Part shown: positions 7,651-17,940 of the stretch, one piece after another
Position numbering within the stretch: the stretch's first letter is position 1
How the letters are laid out: each line of letters starts with the position of its first letter
DNA from: Trichodesmium erythraeum IMS101
Lineage (GTDB): Bacteria > Cyanobacteriota > Cyanobacteriia > Cyanobacteriales > Microcoleaceae
Assembly (NCBI RefSeq): GCF_000014265.1
Contig: NC_008312.1
Location: 1,140,001 to 1,172,000, forward strand
Length of the DNA: 32,000 bases
Reading direction: 5' to 3'
Program-made: the position numbers and the translations under genes
Notes under the pieces: generated by a model
Told to the model about the DNA's origin: nothing
The model's database searches: none
What the model saw: only the letters and a program-made list of their open reading frames with translations

Positions 7651-8427
7651 ATGTCATTACATAAGAGAAATCTGATTCTTGCAGCCATAACTGGATTTGC
7701 TAGTACTGCCTCTATTTTTTATTTGACACTTCAGTCTAATTCTTCACAATTTGCTAGTAATTATTTGCAGAAACAAAAGTTGCATAGCAACCTAGTTTCT
7801 ACTAAACTACAACCCTCATTTTCAACTCTTAACTCCTCAGATTTAGTTACTCAAGAATCTAGTCCAGTTATAATTACACCACCAACATCAGGATGCAAAA
7901 TAGTTATGGCCATAGTAGATGATCCTGAAGGACCTCTGAATGTTCGTAGCATTCCAGAAGTAAAAGAAGGTAATATAGTTGGTCAACTTAACAATAATAC
8001 CTTTATTTCTGTCGCAGATGAACAATCTGGTTGGCTACAAATTACTAATCCTCTTAGAGGTTGGGTTGCTAAGAGCCGAACTCGCAGTAGTTGTGCAAGA
8101 GTAGAGCAGACCATTACTTTTTCTCCAGGAAGCGACTTAGCTATTGTTAGAGGTGAGATTATTGGTACTGGTAGTCATAACTACCAAGTTAGGATGATTC
8201 AGGGCCAGAGCCTAACTATTAAAAATTTAGGAGATGTCTTTCCGGCAATTATTAGCCCTGATGACCAACTTATGACAAGGGAACCTAAGATTTATATTCA
8301 AGGTAATGAAAGTGAATGGACAGGTACTATGCCTGTGAGTGGGGTATACACTTTACAATTAGATTCTAATTTTCGTGGATTTAAATATGAGTTTTTAGTA
8401 TTAATAAAAGGCAATGATAGTTATTAG
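7651..8427 (+). CDS. Membrane-anchored SH3b-domain protein
   Basis: N-terminal TM segment LILAAITGFASTASIFYLTL. The bacterial SH3 signature is PLNVRSIPEVKEGNIVGQLNNNTFISVADEQSGWLQITNPLRGWV. A ~100-aa C-terminal beta-rich domain is of unknown function. RBS aagga is present. Confidence 0.7.
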   Translation: MSLHKRNLILAAITGFASTASIFYLTLQSNSSQFASNYLQKQKLHSNLVSTKLQPSFSTLNSSDLVTQESSPVIITPPTSGCKIVMAIVDDPEGPLNVRSIPEVKEGNIVGQLNNNTFISVADEQSGWLQITNPLRGWVAKSRTRSSCARVEQTITFSPGSDLAIVRGEIIGTGSHNYQVRMIQGQSLTIKNLGDVFPAIISPDDQLMTREPKIYIQGNESEWTGTMPVSGVYTLQLDSNFRGFKYEFLVLIKGNDSY

Positions 8428-8685
8428 CTTAAACTCACAATCTATTAAAATTTTGCCTACTTTATTTTATGGGAATAATTATTTTCAAATAGGAATTGAT
8501 ATTATAACTTATATACCTTTTCCATGATTTGAAATGCATTATAATTGACACAGCAATCATACTTCACAATAATTTGATAAGTAATTTGATAAGTAATTGC
8601 TAAATCTAACCCCATGCTTTTCCCTACTTCACTTTGTCTAAAATGAACATTAGTATTTGTTAACAAATCTAGAAAACTTAGATAA

Positions 8686-9063
8686 AGTTATCAAAAATTA
8701 TCGCTTTTAATGGGTCTTGAATCGATGTTTAAAGATTTTAAAACAGGAGTGTATAATTTAGAAGGAAGCCAAGCTAGTATCCAATGTTTTACCAATTCGA
8801 TTTTACTGATAGCCATTTCCTATATATCTTCATATTATCGTGGTCAAATAATAAAAAAAAACGGGTATCAAAACTATATTTGTAGATTTACAGAGTTAAG
8901 ACGAAAAGAGAGAATAAATAACCATTTTTGGGTAATTATCTATGGTAATTTGTGGACGATAGCTGGGTATTATTTATTTGAGATTGTTGAAAATATTATT
9001 AATTTAAATCCTCAGAAAAAGCCTAATTATCGAAAAAGATTAATAGCTATATCAAAACTATAA
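8686..9063 (+). mobile_element. IS4-family transposase, C-terminal remnant only
   Basis: SYQKLSLLMGLESMFKDFKTGVYNLEGSQA...LLIAISY...GQIIKKNGYQNYICR..ELRRKERINNHFWVIIYGNLW matches the C-terminal YxxRWxIExxFKxxKxGGxxLE ... LIAIAY ... RHSxFxxG block of cyanobacterial IS4 transposases. An in-frame stop lies at 8683-8685. The roughly 300 N-terminal codons expected for this family are absent. Confidence 0.65.
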
Positions 9064-9202
9064 ATTCTTTAATTATATGGAGGTAACTGTCATAATTTAT
9101 CCGAAGGCTGAAATTTTTAATTGACGATCTCTCAAAATTTTAAATTGCCTAAAATTAAGTTTGTGAGCTATCTTAAATTGAATAATACATCAATTAATAT
9201 AG

Positions 9203-9238
9203 GGGAGTCGTTGAGCTTTGCTGAACGACTCCCTTTCT
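9203..9238 (+). terminator. Strong hairpin plus short T-tract (terminator-like, orphan)
   Basis: gggagtcgtt (9203-9212) pairs perfectly with aacgactccc (9224-9233): a 10-bp stem with an 11-nt loop, followed by tttct. It lies between the IS4 remnant and the kinase-family pseudogene. Confidence 0.35.
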
Positions 9239-9289
9239 AAATAATGATTATTATTCTCAAAAATTTGGCAATTTTTAACCCTCACAAAC

Positions 9290-10104
9290 AGTAGTTAAAC
9301 CCTTATTCCACAATAGTTTCCACAATAGTGTTAAGGCGCTTGTCACCCCGTGAAGCTTAAATCATATAGGTTTATAGGTTTAGGAAATTTTGATTTTGCT
9401 CCACTCTATATCAAACTTGGCACACAGTTAGTTTGCTAAAGCTGCTTCTTGAATATATTTATTTGCCTTAGCGAGAGCGATCGCTGGCTCGTAAGCCTCA
9501 ATAGCTTTCTAGTTTTGCCCCCAGTATTCTTTGTTTTTCTGCCTCTCTCTATTAAATAGTATTTATGGGAATAGTCGTCTGCTGCATGTTGTGCCCATAA
9601 TTTCATTTTTTCCCCGTATGTACTCAGTTGTTCTAGCATTTGATCTCGTTCAGCAACTGATGCTTTTGGGCAAAGAGCGAGTAGAGCTAGCGAACCATAA
9701 AAGCAATATACTGGAAAATTAAAGAACTCGGTGGCACTGCCCTCAAAATACTCTTCTACTCATATGACATAATATTTTGATTGATGAAAATTACCAAGGA
9801 AACAAGACAGAATTAATTTATGAAGATAGATTTGAAATAAACCATAGCAGTCATTAATATTTTCATAGAAAAGAATAAATTTTTCCTCATTAAAAGCACT
9901 GCCTAATAATAATTCATGTTTTTTTTCATAGCCGAGTAAATTTAGTACAGCTTGATGAGAAATATTGGTGTAGTAGTAATTATTTTTTGCCTTAAAATGC
10001 CAATGTAAGTCAGCTGTGCTTGAGCAAATATAGAGATAAATTTTAATAATAATAAATTGAAGGAACTTTCGGCTGCACTCAGAGATAATTATATCGTGCG
10101 GCAT
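9290..10104 (-). pseudogene. Fragment of a large multidomain Ser/Thr-kinase / AAA-ATPase / TPR / GAF-His-kinase type sensor gene, multiply frameshifted
   Basis: Minus-strand pieces lie in three different frames. They read ...AVLNLLGYEKKHELLLGSAFNEEKF...IYLHKLILSCFLGNFHQS.. / EEYFEGSATEFFNFPVYCFYGSLALLALCPK / ERDQMLEQLSTYGEKMKLWAQHAADDYSHKYYLIE / EAEKQRILG / AIEAYEPAIALAKANKYIQEAALAN* / LCAKFDIEWSKIKIS*. These are collinear with the conserved block FYxSLALLA...KMxxWAxxAPxNFxHKYxLVEAExARVLG...YDxAIxLAKENxYxxEEALANELAAKFYLEWGKEKIA of that family. Track ORFs 9436-9639 and 9760-10104 are parts of this fragment. Weaker similarity may continue to ~10600. Confidence 0.6.
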
Positions 10105-10134
10105 TGTTTGCCAATAAAGTCATACAGAAAACAA

Positions 10135-10183
10135 GAGTTAGGAGCCAGGAGTTAAGAGTCAGGGGTTAACACTCAGGAGACAA
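10135..10183. repeat. STRR-like heptamer array (gagttag gagccag gagttaa gagtcag gggttaa cactcag gagacaa)
   Basis: Seven contiguous 7-bp units read directly from the sequence. Confidence 0.8.
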
Positions 10184-10921
10184 TAATGGTCGGTAGTCAG
10201 AAAAATAAATCAAGTATAAATACTTAAGAGTTTTCTAAATATGGAGTCCGATAGCAATTTGCTAATTAACTTAGTTTACCGAGTATATCTGAGCATTTTC
10301 AATTTTCCCACACCAAACAACTCTATTACAAATTTTTTGCCGAATGTGGGTTCAAATATCTTCTTAATTATCCTGAAATTCAAGCTATAGCAGAAGCAAT
10401 AACATCTCCTCAGTAAAGTTTCCTGAAAAAATATGTCAGTCAGGGCAGGAAATGGGCAATAGTTAGAGCCATTAATTTTTCTGCATTTTTCCCACTCAGG
10501 TCAAGGGAAATGCCAAGTGAGCAAATATTAATTTCGTCGTAATTTTTGCGCAATGCCTCTTAAAGTTTAGCACCACTTAAACTAATGTATGATAAAAATC
10601 TTATATTTATTCAACCAGCCCTAAGTAGATTTTTAACCCGCCCATGTTGCATCTGTGGAAACCATTTAAAGCATAAGTATTCCCTGATATAATTTATAAC
10701 AACTATAGATAAAAATATATATTACAAAATCATTCATAATGCTTATCAATTATCTAGGCTATAATCCATCTTATTCATAAAACTTGTGTAGTATTTTTAT
10801 GATGCTGAATGTGGGTTTTAAGTATAACCAGATAACCTCAATTGGATTTTACTAAACCATTCCCTACTTATTTACTCATCTCAAATGAAAACTTTATATA
10901 AAATTAATTATTTTCAGCTAC

Positions 10922-12034
10922 TTAATAACTTCCCATTGCTTCCGATAGAAAATCCGCCGTAGATTTAACTAGAACGATCGCATTCTCATAGACCATCCTA
11001 GTCGGTCCTAAAACTCCCACACTTCCTAGAGGAACTGTCCCATTTCCATAAGTTGCAGAAACTAAGGCACAACCTTGAATAGGTTCCAAAGGATTTTCTG
11101 AACCAATTGTAACTCTCACCTGTCGATCTGTTTTTTTAGTAGTACTTCCAAATATCAAAGGCCACAATTTATCTTGTTTTTCTTCAAGTAGTTGAATAAT
11201 AGTTTGGACCTGTTCAAGTTGGGAGAATTCTGGCAAACGTAGTGCTTCTGCTATACCGCTAATTAATATTCTAGTATATTTAGGCGTTCCACAACGCAGA
11301 GTTAAATTTTCCAACAGATTTTTGATCAATTTAGCGTATTTCTCAAACTCCCAGTCTAGCTCACTCCAGTCCAATAAAGATAATTCCCCTATTACTCGTC
11401 CTTTTAGCTGACTATTCAAAAAATTTGATAATATTTGTAATTCTCGATCAATATCTTCTAAATTGGGGACGGCAGAATTACCCTGTAAATTTTTGCGATC
11501 ATTTATCTGATTTATTGTCTTTAAGTCCATAATCAGTGATTGAGTTTCATAGGTATTTGTCACTACAATTAGCATGATTTTCTCTGCTTCCACTTGTACC
11601 AATTGTAGATGTCGTAGCTTAGCCGTCGAAGTTTGGGGCATTGTCACCAGAGTAATATAACCACTGAGGCTAGCTAAAATTTGAGCGGCTCCTTGAAGTA
11701 CAACTTCTAGGCGACCTTCTGGCCAATTTAGTTGCTTTTGTAAAAGCTCTTCAATTTCAAAAGCTAGATTTTCTGAAGGTCTAATTAATTGGTCAACATA
11801 TATTCGGTAACCTGAGTCCGATGGAATTCTTCCAGCCGAAGTATGAGGTTGATATAATAGTCCGCTTTTCTCTAAAAAGCTCATCCCATTGCGAATTGTC
11901 GCTGGACTAACACTGAGATTATACTCTTCTACAAGGGATTTTGAGCCAACTGGCTCTGCTGTCGCAATATAGTGGCGAACTGTTGCCCAGAGAATATGTT
12001 GATGACGATTATTAAGCTTAACTTGTAATGACAT
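10922..12034 (-). CDS. hrcA: Heat-inducible transcription repressor HrcA
   Basis: N-terminal w[71 protein letters not shown], and the C-terminal [12 protein letters not shown] signature. 370 aa. Confidence 0.93.
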   Translation of the reverse strand: MSLQVKLNNRHQHILWATVRHYIATAEPVGSKSLVEEYNLSVSPATIRNGMSFLEKSGLLYQPHTSAGRIPSDSGYRIYVDQLIRPSENLAFEIEELLQKQLNWPEGRLEVVLQGAAQILASLSGYITLVTMPQTSTAKLRHLQLVQVEAEKIMLIVVTNTYETQSLIMDLKTINQINDRKNLQGNSAVPNLEDIDRELQILSNFLNSQLKGRVIGELSLLDWSELDWEFEKYAKLIKNLLENLTLRCGTPKYTRILISGIAEALRLPEFSQLEQVQTIIQLLEEKQDKLWPLIFGSTTKKTDRQVRVTIGSENPLEPIQGCALVSATYGNGTVPLGSVGVLGPTRMVYENAIVLVKSTADFLSEAMGSY

Positions 12035-12359
12035 GGATGTAGGGTGAGTATATTCCGGAAGCTACCAAACAATAATAGAAAAAATAATTTTATGTTTATG
12101 ATAAGGTTAAATTTATTTTTCTTAATAAAATTTAGTACTTTATTATGATATAATCATATTTTTTATATGAATATGTAGCAAAATGAACTTTCCTGACCAT
12201 AAATCTTAGTCACCGATCCTAAAAATTTTCTATAATGAGGCTTACAGAAAAACTAGGGTTATCAATGAGTGAGAGCAAAAAAAACTATAACCAGGGCTTT
12301 TTATTTTGGTGAGTAAGTTCTGCTGTATATAAATTAACTATATCTATATATAGCTATAG

Positions 12360-12722
12360 CTAATAACGAGGTATACTTTGGTCTACTACTGATGAGTACG
12401 CATCTATACCACCAATAATATTTTTAACATTTGTAAAATCCTGATTTTTCAACCATTGGCACATTTGAGCTGAACGGATCCCATGATGGCACAAAACTAA
12501 AGTTTCTTGGCTAGAGTCCAAATGAAGATGAATTTTCTCTGACCATTCATGAAATTCACTTAAAGGTAAAACTTTAAAACCTTTGATAAAAGCTACTTCA
12601 ATTTCTTGCCGTTCCCGAACATCAACTAATTGTAAATTTTCAGGAATACCGTTTATTAGGCGACTTGCCAGCTCTTGGACAGTAATTTCAAGAATAGGTT
12701 GTTTAGAAGACTGTTGTGACAT
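12360..12722 (-). CDS. Single-domain rhodanese-like sulfurtransferase
   Basis: LVDVRERQEIEVAFIKGF, active-site loop CHHGIRS (CX4R), and GGIDAYS. The track start at 12734 is TTG; I prefer the ATG at 12722 (MSQQSSKQ...). Confidence 0.85.
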   Translation of the reverse strand: MSQQSSKQPILEITVQELASRLINGIPENLQLVDVRERQEIEVAFIKGFKVLPLSEFHEWSEKIHLHLDSSQETLVLCHHGIRSAQMCQWLKNQDFTNVKNIIGGIDAYSSVVDQSIPRY

Positions 12723-14357
12723 TTTTAGACGCAAGAATCTATTAATTTACTAGTAGTATAAATATACATCAAAGAAAGTCGAATCTTACTCCCGACTCTG
12801 ATATGTAAAGATATAGTGCTTTGTCAATTTTTAAGATTTGGGTTAAAACAATCAATTGAGAAGACAAGGGGGGAAAGTAGACAAAGAGAATTTTTAATAA
12901 ATTACCTATCAAATCAACCTTTACAAACCAGTAGTAAGACTTTTGAGTTTGGTACAAGTATCAATGATACACTTTGTTGATAGACTACCACATCTTTGAT
13001 ATTTTTTCTTGGCAAACACCATATTTAGTCCCATCATTTGTGTACAAAACTAAATCACAATCAGAAGAAACCCTTCTGCATAAAAGCCTTCTGCCCTCTG
13101 TCTTTTTTTCACAAAAAAACATCTCTAATAATAAATAAAAAATAAAATCAATTATGGCGCAGATATCATTAATTCTTTCCCCCTACTCTATACAGGCATT
13201 CCATATAATGTCTCTATTTACTCCCTCTTTTTATAAATGTCTAAATTGTAAATGTTCAAATGGACATAATATTAGCTAGTTTGTGTTTTTTGATTATATT
13301 ACACACTTTCAAATCTTGTTAAACTAAGCAGACCCATTTTCAGTTTTCCTTTATAAAGTTTGCTCATCTTCAGAAACAGATGCGAGACTTTGACCTTATT
13401 GAGCTCCTCTCTTAAAGCTCTTTTTTCATAGGTACATCTTTAAAATTCCACTTTTAGATTGAATAAATCCGAGTGGTTAACTACTTTTAAATTTTTGGCA
13501 GTTTTAAAATTTCTCAGTGGATATTTAGCATATACTCCCAATTCCTTAACTACCTACTTTATCATACCACTTTTCAAAAATATTGTAACAATAGAAGAGG
13601 TCTAAAACTGTTAAGCGATCGCTACTACTCTGTGGCATAAGTGAAACTACTAAAAACAAAAAATAACTATACAAAAACCATCCATTATCCTGTAGATTTA
13701 GGATACTTATAACTGCTAATTAATAAGGATGTTCAGGAAAAAATTATCTGAATTTAATGATGATAAAATTGCTCTATAAGCACAATTAAACATTACTACA
13801 GTCACAAAATCAGGAAATGGGGAAGAAGGATGCAAAATCTAAAAAAAAAGACTGAAACTTGAGAACATAAGCTAGATATCAAATACAAGACTATGGGCAT
13901 AAACTATGGATGAAGATGTCGAAGCTAGAAGTAAATTAGGGTAAAAATTCCAGTCTTTAATAAAGCCTTGAAAATGAAAAATCATCCCTCTATAGATTCT
14001 ATTGGAATAGACAAATGGAATTATCAGACAGCATATCAGTATCAAGTATCGTAGATATACAGAAATTTTGTAAGCTCTGGCAACAAACTGAAGTAACACC
14101 AAAGTTAGCGTTTCGACTGTCGCCAATATGAAACGCGGACCACGGCGTCAGTCATATCGTCTACTTTACTTTAATTAATTGGATATAGCTTCATAGTCGC
14201 AAGAACAATACTGTAGTCTAAAGAGCTGAATTAGTTTAAGAGATCAAGTGTGGCAGCCATATCACTCCTTGCAACTGGAATCATCTAATTACCTATCTTA
14301 CACCTTGCTGACACACTACCATCTATTTCTAGCTTAAAATTTTTGAAATACAATGCT

Positions 14358-17300
14358 TTAGCCCCCTACTGTCGGTAAATAGCTTTGTAAACTATTAATT
14401 AAATCTTGGTCTAAAAAAGGTTTAGTTAAATAGTCATTTGCACCCAAATGTTTAGCTAACTGACGATAGGATAGACTGCTACGAGATGTTAAAATTAATA
14501 TAGGCATTTCTTCCATAGAATATTGTTTACGACAATGACTAAGAAACTGTAAACCATTCATCTCTGGCATTTCCACATCACAAATAATAGCCTGAATTGG
14601 AATATGCTGTTGTAGCTTTACTAATCCTTCTTTAGCATCTTTAGCTTGTACAACATTATATCCTGATTTATGTAAAGTTTGAGAAATAGTTTGACGAGTA
14701 GTTAAAGAATCATCTACTACCAAAATAGTTGGTAGTTGAGGCAAAGCTGGCTGTTTTAACTTATTTTTAATCCCCGGAAATTTATAAGTATTTGATTCTC
14801 CTTTGTGTAATGTTTTTTCTAATAATTTAATGCCGTCTATAACTGGTACTAAACTACCATCTCCTAAGATTGTGCAACCATACAAATATGATGGTGCTGT
14901 TAAAATTTTGCTAAAAGGTTTAATCGTCAAATTTTGTTCCATTAATATCTGTTCAACTTTGATAGCAATTGTATCTGTATCTTCAGAAATCAAAAATAAC
15001 ATTACCTTTCCTTGATATTTTTGACCATAAGGACTTTGACCAAATTCAACAGCTTTTTGTTGAATATCACCTAAAACTATAGGATAATTATAATCCGATA
15101 CAATTGATGGTGCTATTAATACTTTTTTACCTCGCCAAGAATATATTTCTTTCCCTTCTTTATTAACTTTAATTTCAGTCGGATCTGCATAGATAATAGT
15201 TGCTAAAATATCTAAGGGAATAGCAAATAAATTACCTTCCATACGAAAAACTAATAATTTTGTGATTGTCAAAGTCCAAGGTAATCTCAGAATAAATCTT
15301 GTGCCTTTACCTCTTTCTGATTGGATAGTAATATTGCCTTTTAATGCTTCTATTTGACGTAAAGCTACATCTAATCCTACCCCTCTTCCTGACAATTCAC
15401 TCACTTTTTCCTTAGTTGAAAAGTCTGGATAGAATAATAATTGGTATAACTGTTTAGTTGATAATTTTGTGGCTTCACTAGCAGAAATAACTTGCTTAAC
15501 TATAGCTTTATTCCGGATTTTTTCAACATCTATACCACCTCCATCATCTCGAATTTCAATATAAGTATAATTTCCTTGATAATAAGATTTGATAGTAATT
15601 ATTCCTACCTCTGATTTACCATTAGCTTGTCTTATTTCTACTGGTTCAATACCATGATCGAAAGCATTTCTTAGTATATGAAGTATGGGGTCATATAATT
15701 TTTCTAAAACTACTTTGTCTAACATAGTATTTATCCCAATTAATTCTAGTTTTACCTGTTTTTGGTTTTGTACCGATAAATCTCTAATCATTCTAGGGAA
15801 TCTATTAAATAATGATTCCACAGGTAACATTCGAGTCTTGTTAAGATTACTTTGTATACGCTGTAAGGTTTGTTGCTTTTTTTTGACAATTTGTTGACTC
15901 TGCTGATGTAGTACTTTAATATCGTCTACTGCTTCTCCTATTTGAGCAATTTCTTCTGTAATATTTGGTATTATATTTAGTAGAGATGCTAGTTTATTAT
16001 TTTGAGGATTTGATGAATTTTTTAGTTTCTCATAAAAAACATTAATATCTTGAAGATTTATCATTAATTGCTTAATTTTTTGCCACCCTTTATCTAATGT
16101 TTCTATTGAAGCTTGAGCTTGTATATTTTGGAGCATAAAACTATTTTCTTGAGTAGCTAAATCTCCTACTAAATTATTCAATATTTCTAGGTTTTTCAGG
16201 TCTATCCTAATACCTAAAGCATATGAGGGTTGAGAAGTAGTTTGTTTTTGCTCAACTTGCTTTTGATTATCAGTAACTTCTGCCCCATAATCTTGTTGTT
16301 CCAAAACATTTCCTGATAATGTTGCAGCATTAGAGTTTTGAGTCTTTTTTCTGTTAGTTATCTCTGCTTTTTGACTTTTATTTTGATTAGCAATGTGAGA
16401 TTTTTTAGTAGATTTCTTGACTTGTTCTGTCTTTTGATTATTAGTCACTTCTAGTCCATAATCTTGTTGATCAGAAACATTTTCTGATAATGTTGTAGCA
16501 TTATGGGCAGTAGTTTTTGTTCTGTTATTTATCTCCGCTTTTTGAAGTTGAATTTGATTAGCAACATGAGATTTTTTAATTGGTTGACTAACTTGTTTTT
16601 TGTTAGTAGTTCCTACAGCTTTTTTAGGTTTTAACGGTTTAGTCAATTTTACTAATGTCTCATTTAATTGTCCACCTTGAGCGCGATCGCCTTCTAATAC
16701 TGCTTTATGTCCTGCCCAAAAATCTGCTAAAGCTAATTGAGCAATTTTTGTTGTATATTTTGGATTTACCTCTAAAGCTTTAATTGCAGTTTGAGCAATA
16801 GAAGTAAACCCAGGCAAATCAAGCATTGCTCCCAAAGTCGCGAAGACTTCTGCTTGTCTCTTCAATTCATCTTTAAGGGATAAACCATTATCACCTTTAC
16901 TTCTTCCAGCCAACAAATTTTCCCAACGCTGCAAACCAAAGGGTATTTCTTCTGTAAAGAGAAACATAGCCATATCACCCTGTTCCATTGGCATTTCAGG
17001 AAACTCTGCTGCTGCTTCTAGAGAATTCCCAAGTTTATTTTCTAGCTGCTGAAAAACCTGCTTTGCTTTGGCAAGAGCTGTCTTTTTATCGTAGTTACCT
17101 GTTTCAATTTGTTCTAGAGTTGCTGATTGCAAACAGTCAAAAGCTTGCAGCAGTAAATTCTCTAACTCCATGTCAAAAACAGTATTTTCCTGATAAAGAG
17201 CCCTAATGCCATTTTCTAAGTCATGGGCAATTTTTTGAATTCCCATCAAACCAATACAAGCAGCACCTCCCTTAATTGAATGAGCTGCCCGCATCAATTT

Positions 17301-17420
17301 ATGAAGCGTTTTAATATCATGCTTTTGAGAGATATTAATCAATCCTTCTTCAAGAGTGTGCAGTAATTTTGTAGTTTCTTCTACAAAGAATTCGTAGGCT
17401 TGATCGTCAATTTCAATCAT
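14358..17420 (-). CDS. CheA-type hybrid histidine kinase (Hpt - linker - dimerisation/HATPase - CheW-like - REC), PixL/PtxE-like
   Basis: Hpt motif MRAAHSIKGGAA (His codon 17280-17282). N-box ILRNAFDHGIE, G1 DDGGGID, G2 GRGVGLDV. CheW-like LLVFRMEGNLFAIPLD. C-terminal receiver ILVVDDS...CDVEMPEMNG...TKP. The track start at 17435 is TTG; the ATG at 17420 (MIEIDDQ) is more likely. Confidence 0.92.
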   Translation of the reverse strand: MIEIDDQAYEFFVEETTKLLHTLEEGLINISQKHDIKTLHKLMRAAHSIKGGAACIGLMGIQKIAHDLENGIRALYQENTVFDMELENLLLQAFDCLQSATLEQIETGNYDKKTALAKAKQVFQQLENKLGNSLEAAAEFPEMPMEQGDMAMFLFTEEIPFGLQRWENLLAGRSKGDNGLSLKDELKRQAEVFATLGAMLDLPGFTSIAQTAIKALEVNPKYTTKIAQLALADFWAGHKAVLEGDRAQGGQLNETLVKLTKPLKPKKAVGTTNKKQVSQPIKKSHVANQIQLQKAEINNRTKTTAHNATTLSENVSDQQDYGLEVTNNQKTEQVKKSTKKSHIANQNKSQKAEITNRKKTQNSNAATLSGNVLEQQDYGAEVTDNQKQVEQKQTTSQPSYALGIRIDLKNLEILNNLVGDLATQENSFMLQNIQAQASIETLDKGWQKIKQLMINLQDINVFYEKLKNSSNPQNNKLASLLNIIPNITEEIAQIGEAVDDIKVLHQQSQQIVKKKQQTLQRIQSNLNKTRMLPVESLFNRFPRMIRDLSVQNQKQVKLELIGINTMLDKVVLEKLYDPILHILRNAFDHGIEPVEIRQANGKSEVGIITIKSYYQGNYTYIEIRDDGGGIDVEKIRNKAIVKQVISASEATKLSTKQLYQLLFYPDFSTKEKVSELSGRGVGLDVALRQIEALKGNITIQSERGKGTRFILRLPWTLTITKLLVFRMEGNLFAIPLDILATIIYADPTEIKVNKEGKEIYSWRGKKVLIAPSIVSDYNYPIVLGDIQQKAVEFGQSPYGQKYQGKVMLFLISEDTDTIAIKVEQILMEQNLTIKPFSKILTAPSYLYGCTILGDGSLVPVIDGIKLLEKTLHKGESNTYKFPGIKNKLKQPALPQLPTILVVDDSLTTRQTISQTLHKSGYNVVQAKDAKEGLVKLQQHIPIQAIICDVEMPEMNGLQFLSHCRKQYSMEEMPILILTSRSSLSYRQLAKHLGANDYLTKPFLDQDLINSLQSYLPTVGG
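16260..16601 (-). repeat. 171-bp x2 in-frame tandem repeat within the CheA linker
   Basis: Copies 16260-16430 and 16431-16601 align base for base at roughly 80% identity by eye. They encode ..KKSHVANQIQLQKAEINNRTKTTAHNATTLSENVSDQQDYGLEVTNNQK / ..KKSHIANQNKSQKAEITNRKKTQNSNAATLSGNVLEQQDYGAEVTDNQK. Confidence 0.9.
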
Positions 17421-17940
17421 TGTATAAAAGTTCAAATTTTAAAGAATATAAACAGCATATTATAACACTACACAAAAGTGTTAGCACATTAATAAAATTA
17501 TAGTAGCTTTATTTTCCTAGAGATTAGACTACAGTAGGGTTGTTCCTTGGAGCTCCATATAAGGATTTTTATGATTAAAAGCGTGTTCCCAATTTGCTGA
17601 AAACCACTGAAATCCAATAAAAACAATAGTTTTGACTTGAGCTAGTAGCTGTTTGCATTCGCATTCTGACACGAAAAGGCTGACAGCACTTTTCAAATTG
17701 ATTACAAACAAAGGAATTCCCAAGCCTCTCCTCGGATAGGGACTCAACAAAATATTCACCACATTTATTTCAGTCCGGATACTTGAAGTCAGGGGCACTG
17801 TTTCGCTACGCAACACAAAAAAACGTAGTTCCTCCTCCAGGAGGCTAACTGTAACAGTGATAATTTAAATGACCTCACATCAGAATCAAAAACTTATAGG
17901 GAGTTGTAGGGAGTATATCCCTACTACCTAAGAACCCCAA

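Noticed and set aside
8571-8598. 12-bp tandem repeat aatttgataagt x2.3
   Set aside because: The repeat is real, but it lies in decayed DNA upstream of the IS4 remnant. It is most likely slippage in AT-rich sequence rather than a functional element.
8710-9063. 117-aa ORF as an intact gene
   Set aside because: It is only the C-terminal block of an IS4-type transposase, and homology continues upstream of its ATG to an in-frame stop. It is annotated as a remnant instead.
9436-10104. Track ORFs 9436-9639 (-), 9531-9722 (+) and 9760-10104 (-) as independent genes
   Set aside because: The two minus-strand ORFs are consecutive pieces of one frameshifted kinase/ATPase-family pseudogene. The plus-strand ORF is antisense to it.
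10340-10365. tRNA T-arm-like string gggttcaaat
   Set aside because: No acceptor, D or anticodon stems can be drawn around it. No tRNA or rRNA was recognised anywhere in the window.
12035-12359. CIRCE operator (TTAGCACTC-N9-GAGTGCTAA) near hrcA. Also checked the CIRCE-like strings tagcact...gcactaa at ~4195-4230 and ttagcacc at ~10567.
   Set aside because: None of them forms the required inverted repeat; only half-site resemblance is present.
12769-12957. 62-aa minus-strand ORF
   Set aside because: TTG start, intergenic AT-rich sequence, no motif. The same reasoning applies to 13872-14126 (84 aa, TTG start).
14803-15015. 70-aa plus-strand ORF, together with 15685-15897 and 16988-17206
   Set aside because: All three are antisense within the CheA CDS: shadow ORFs of an AT-rich gene.
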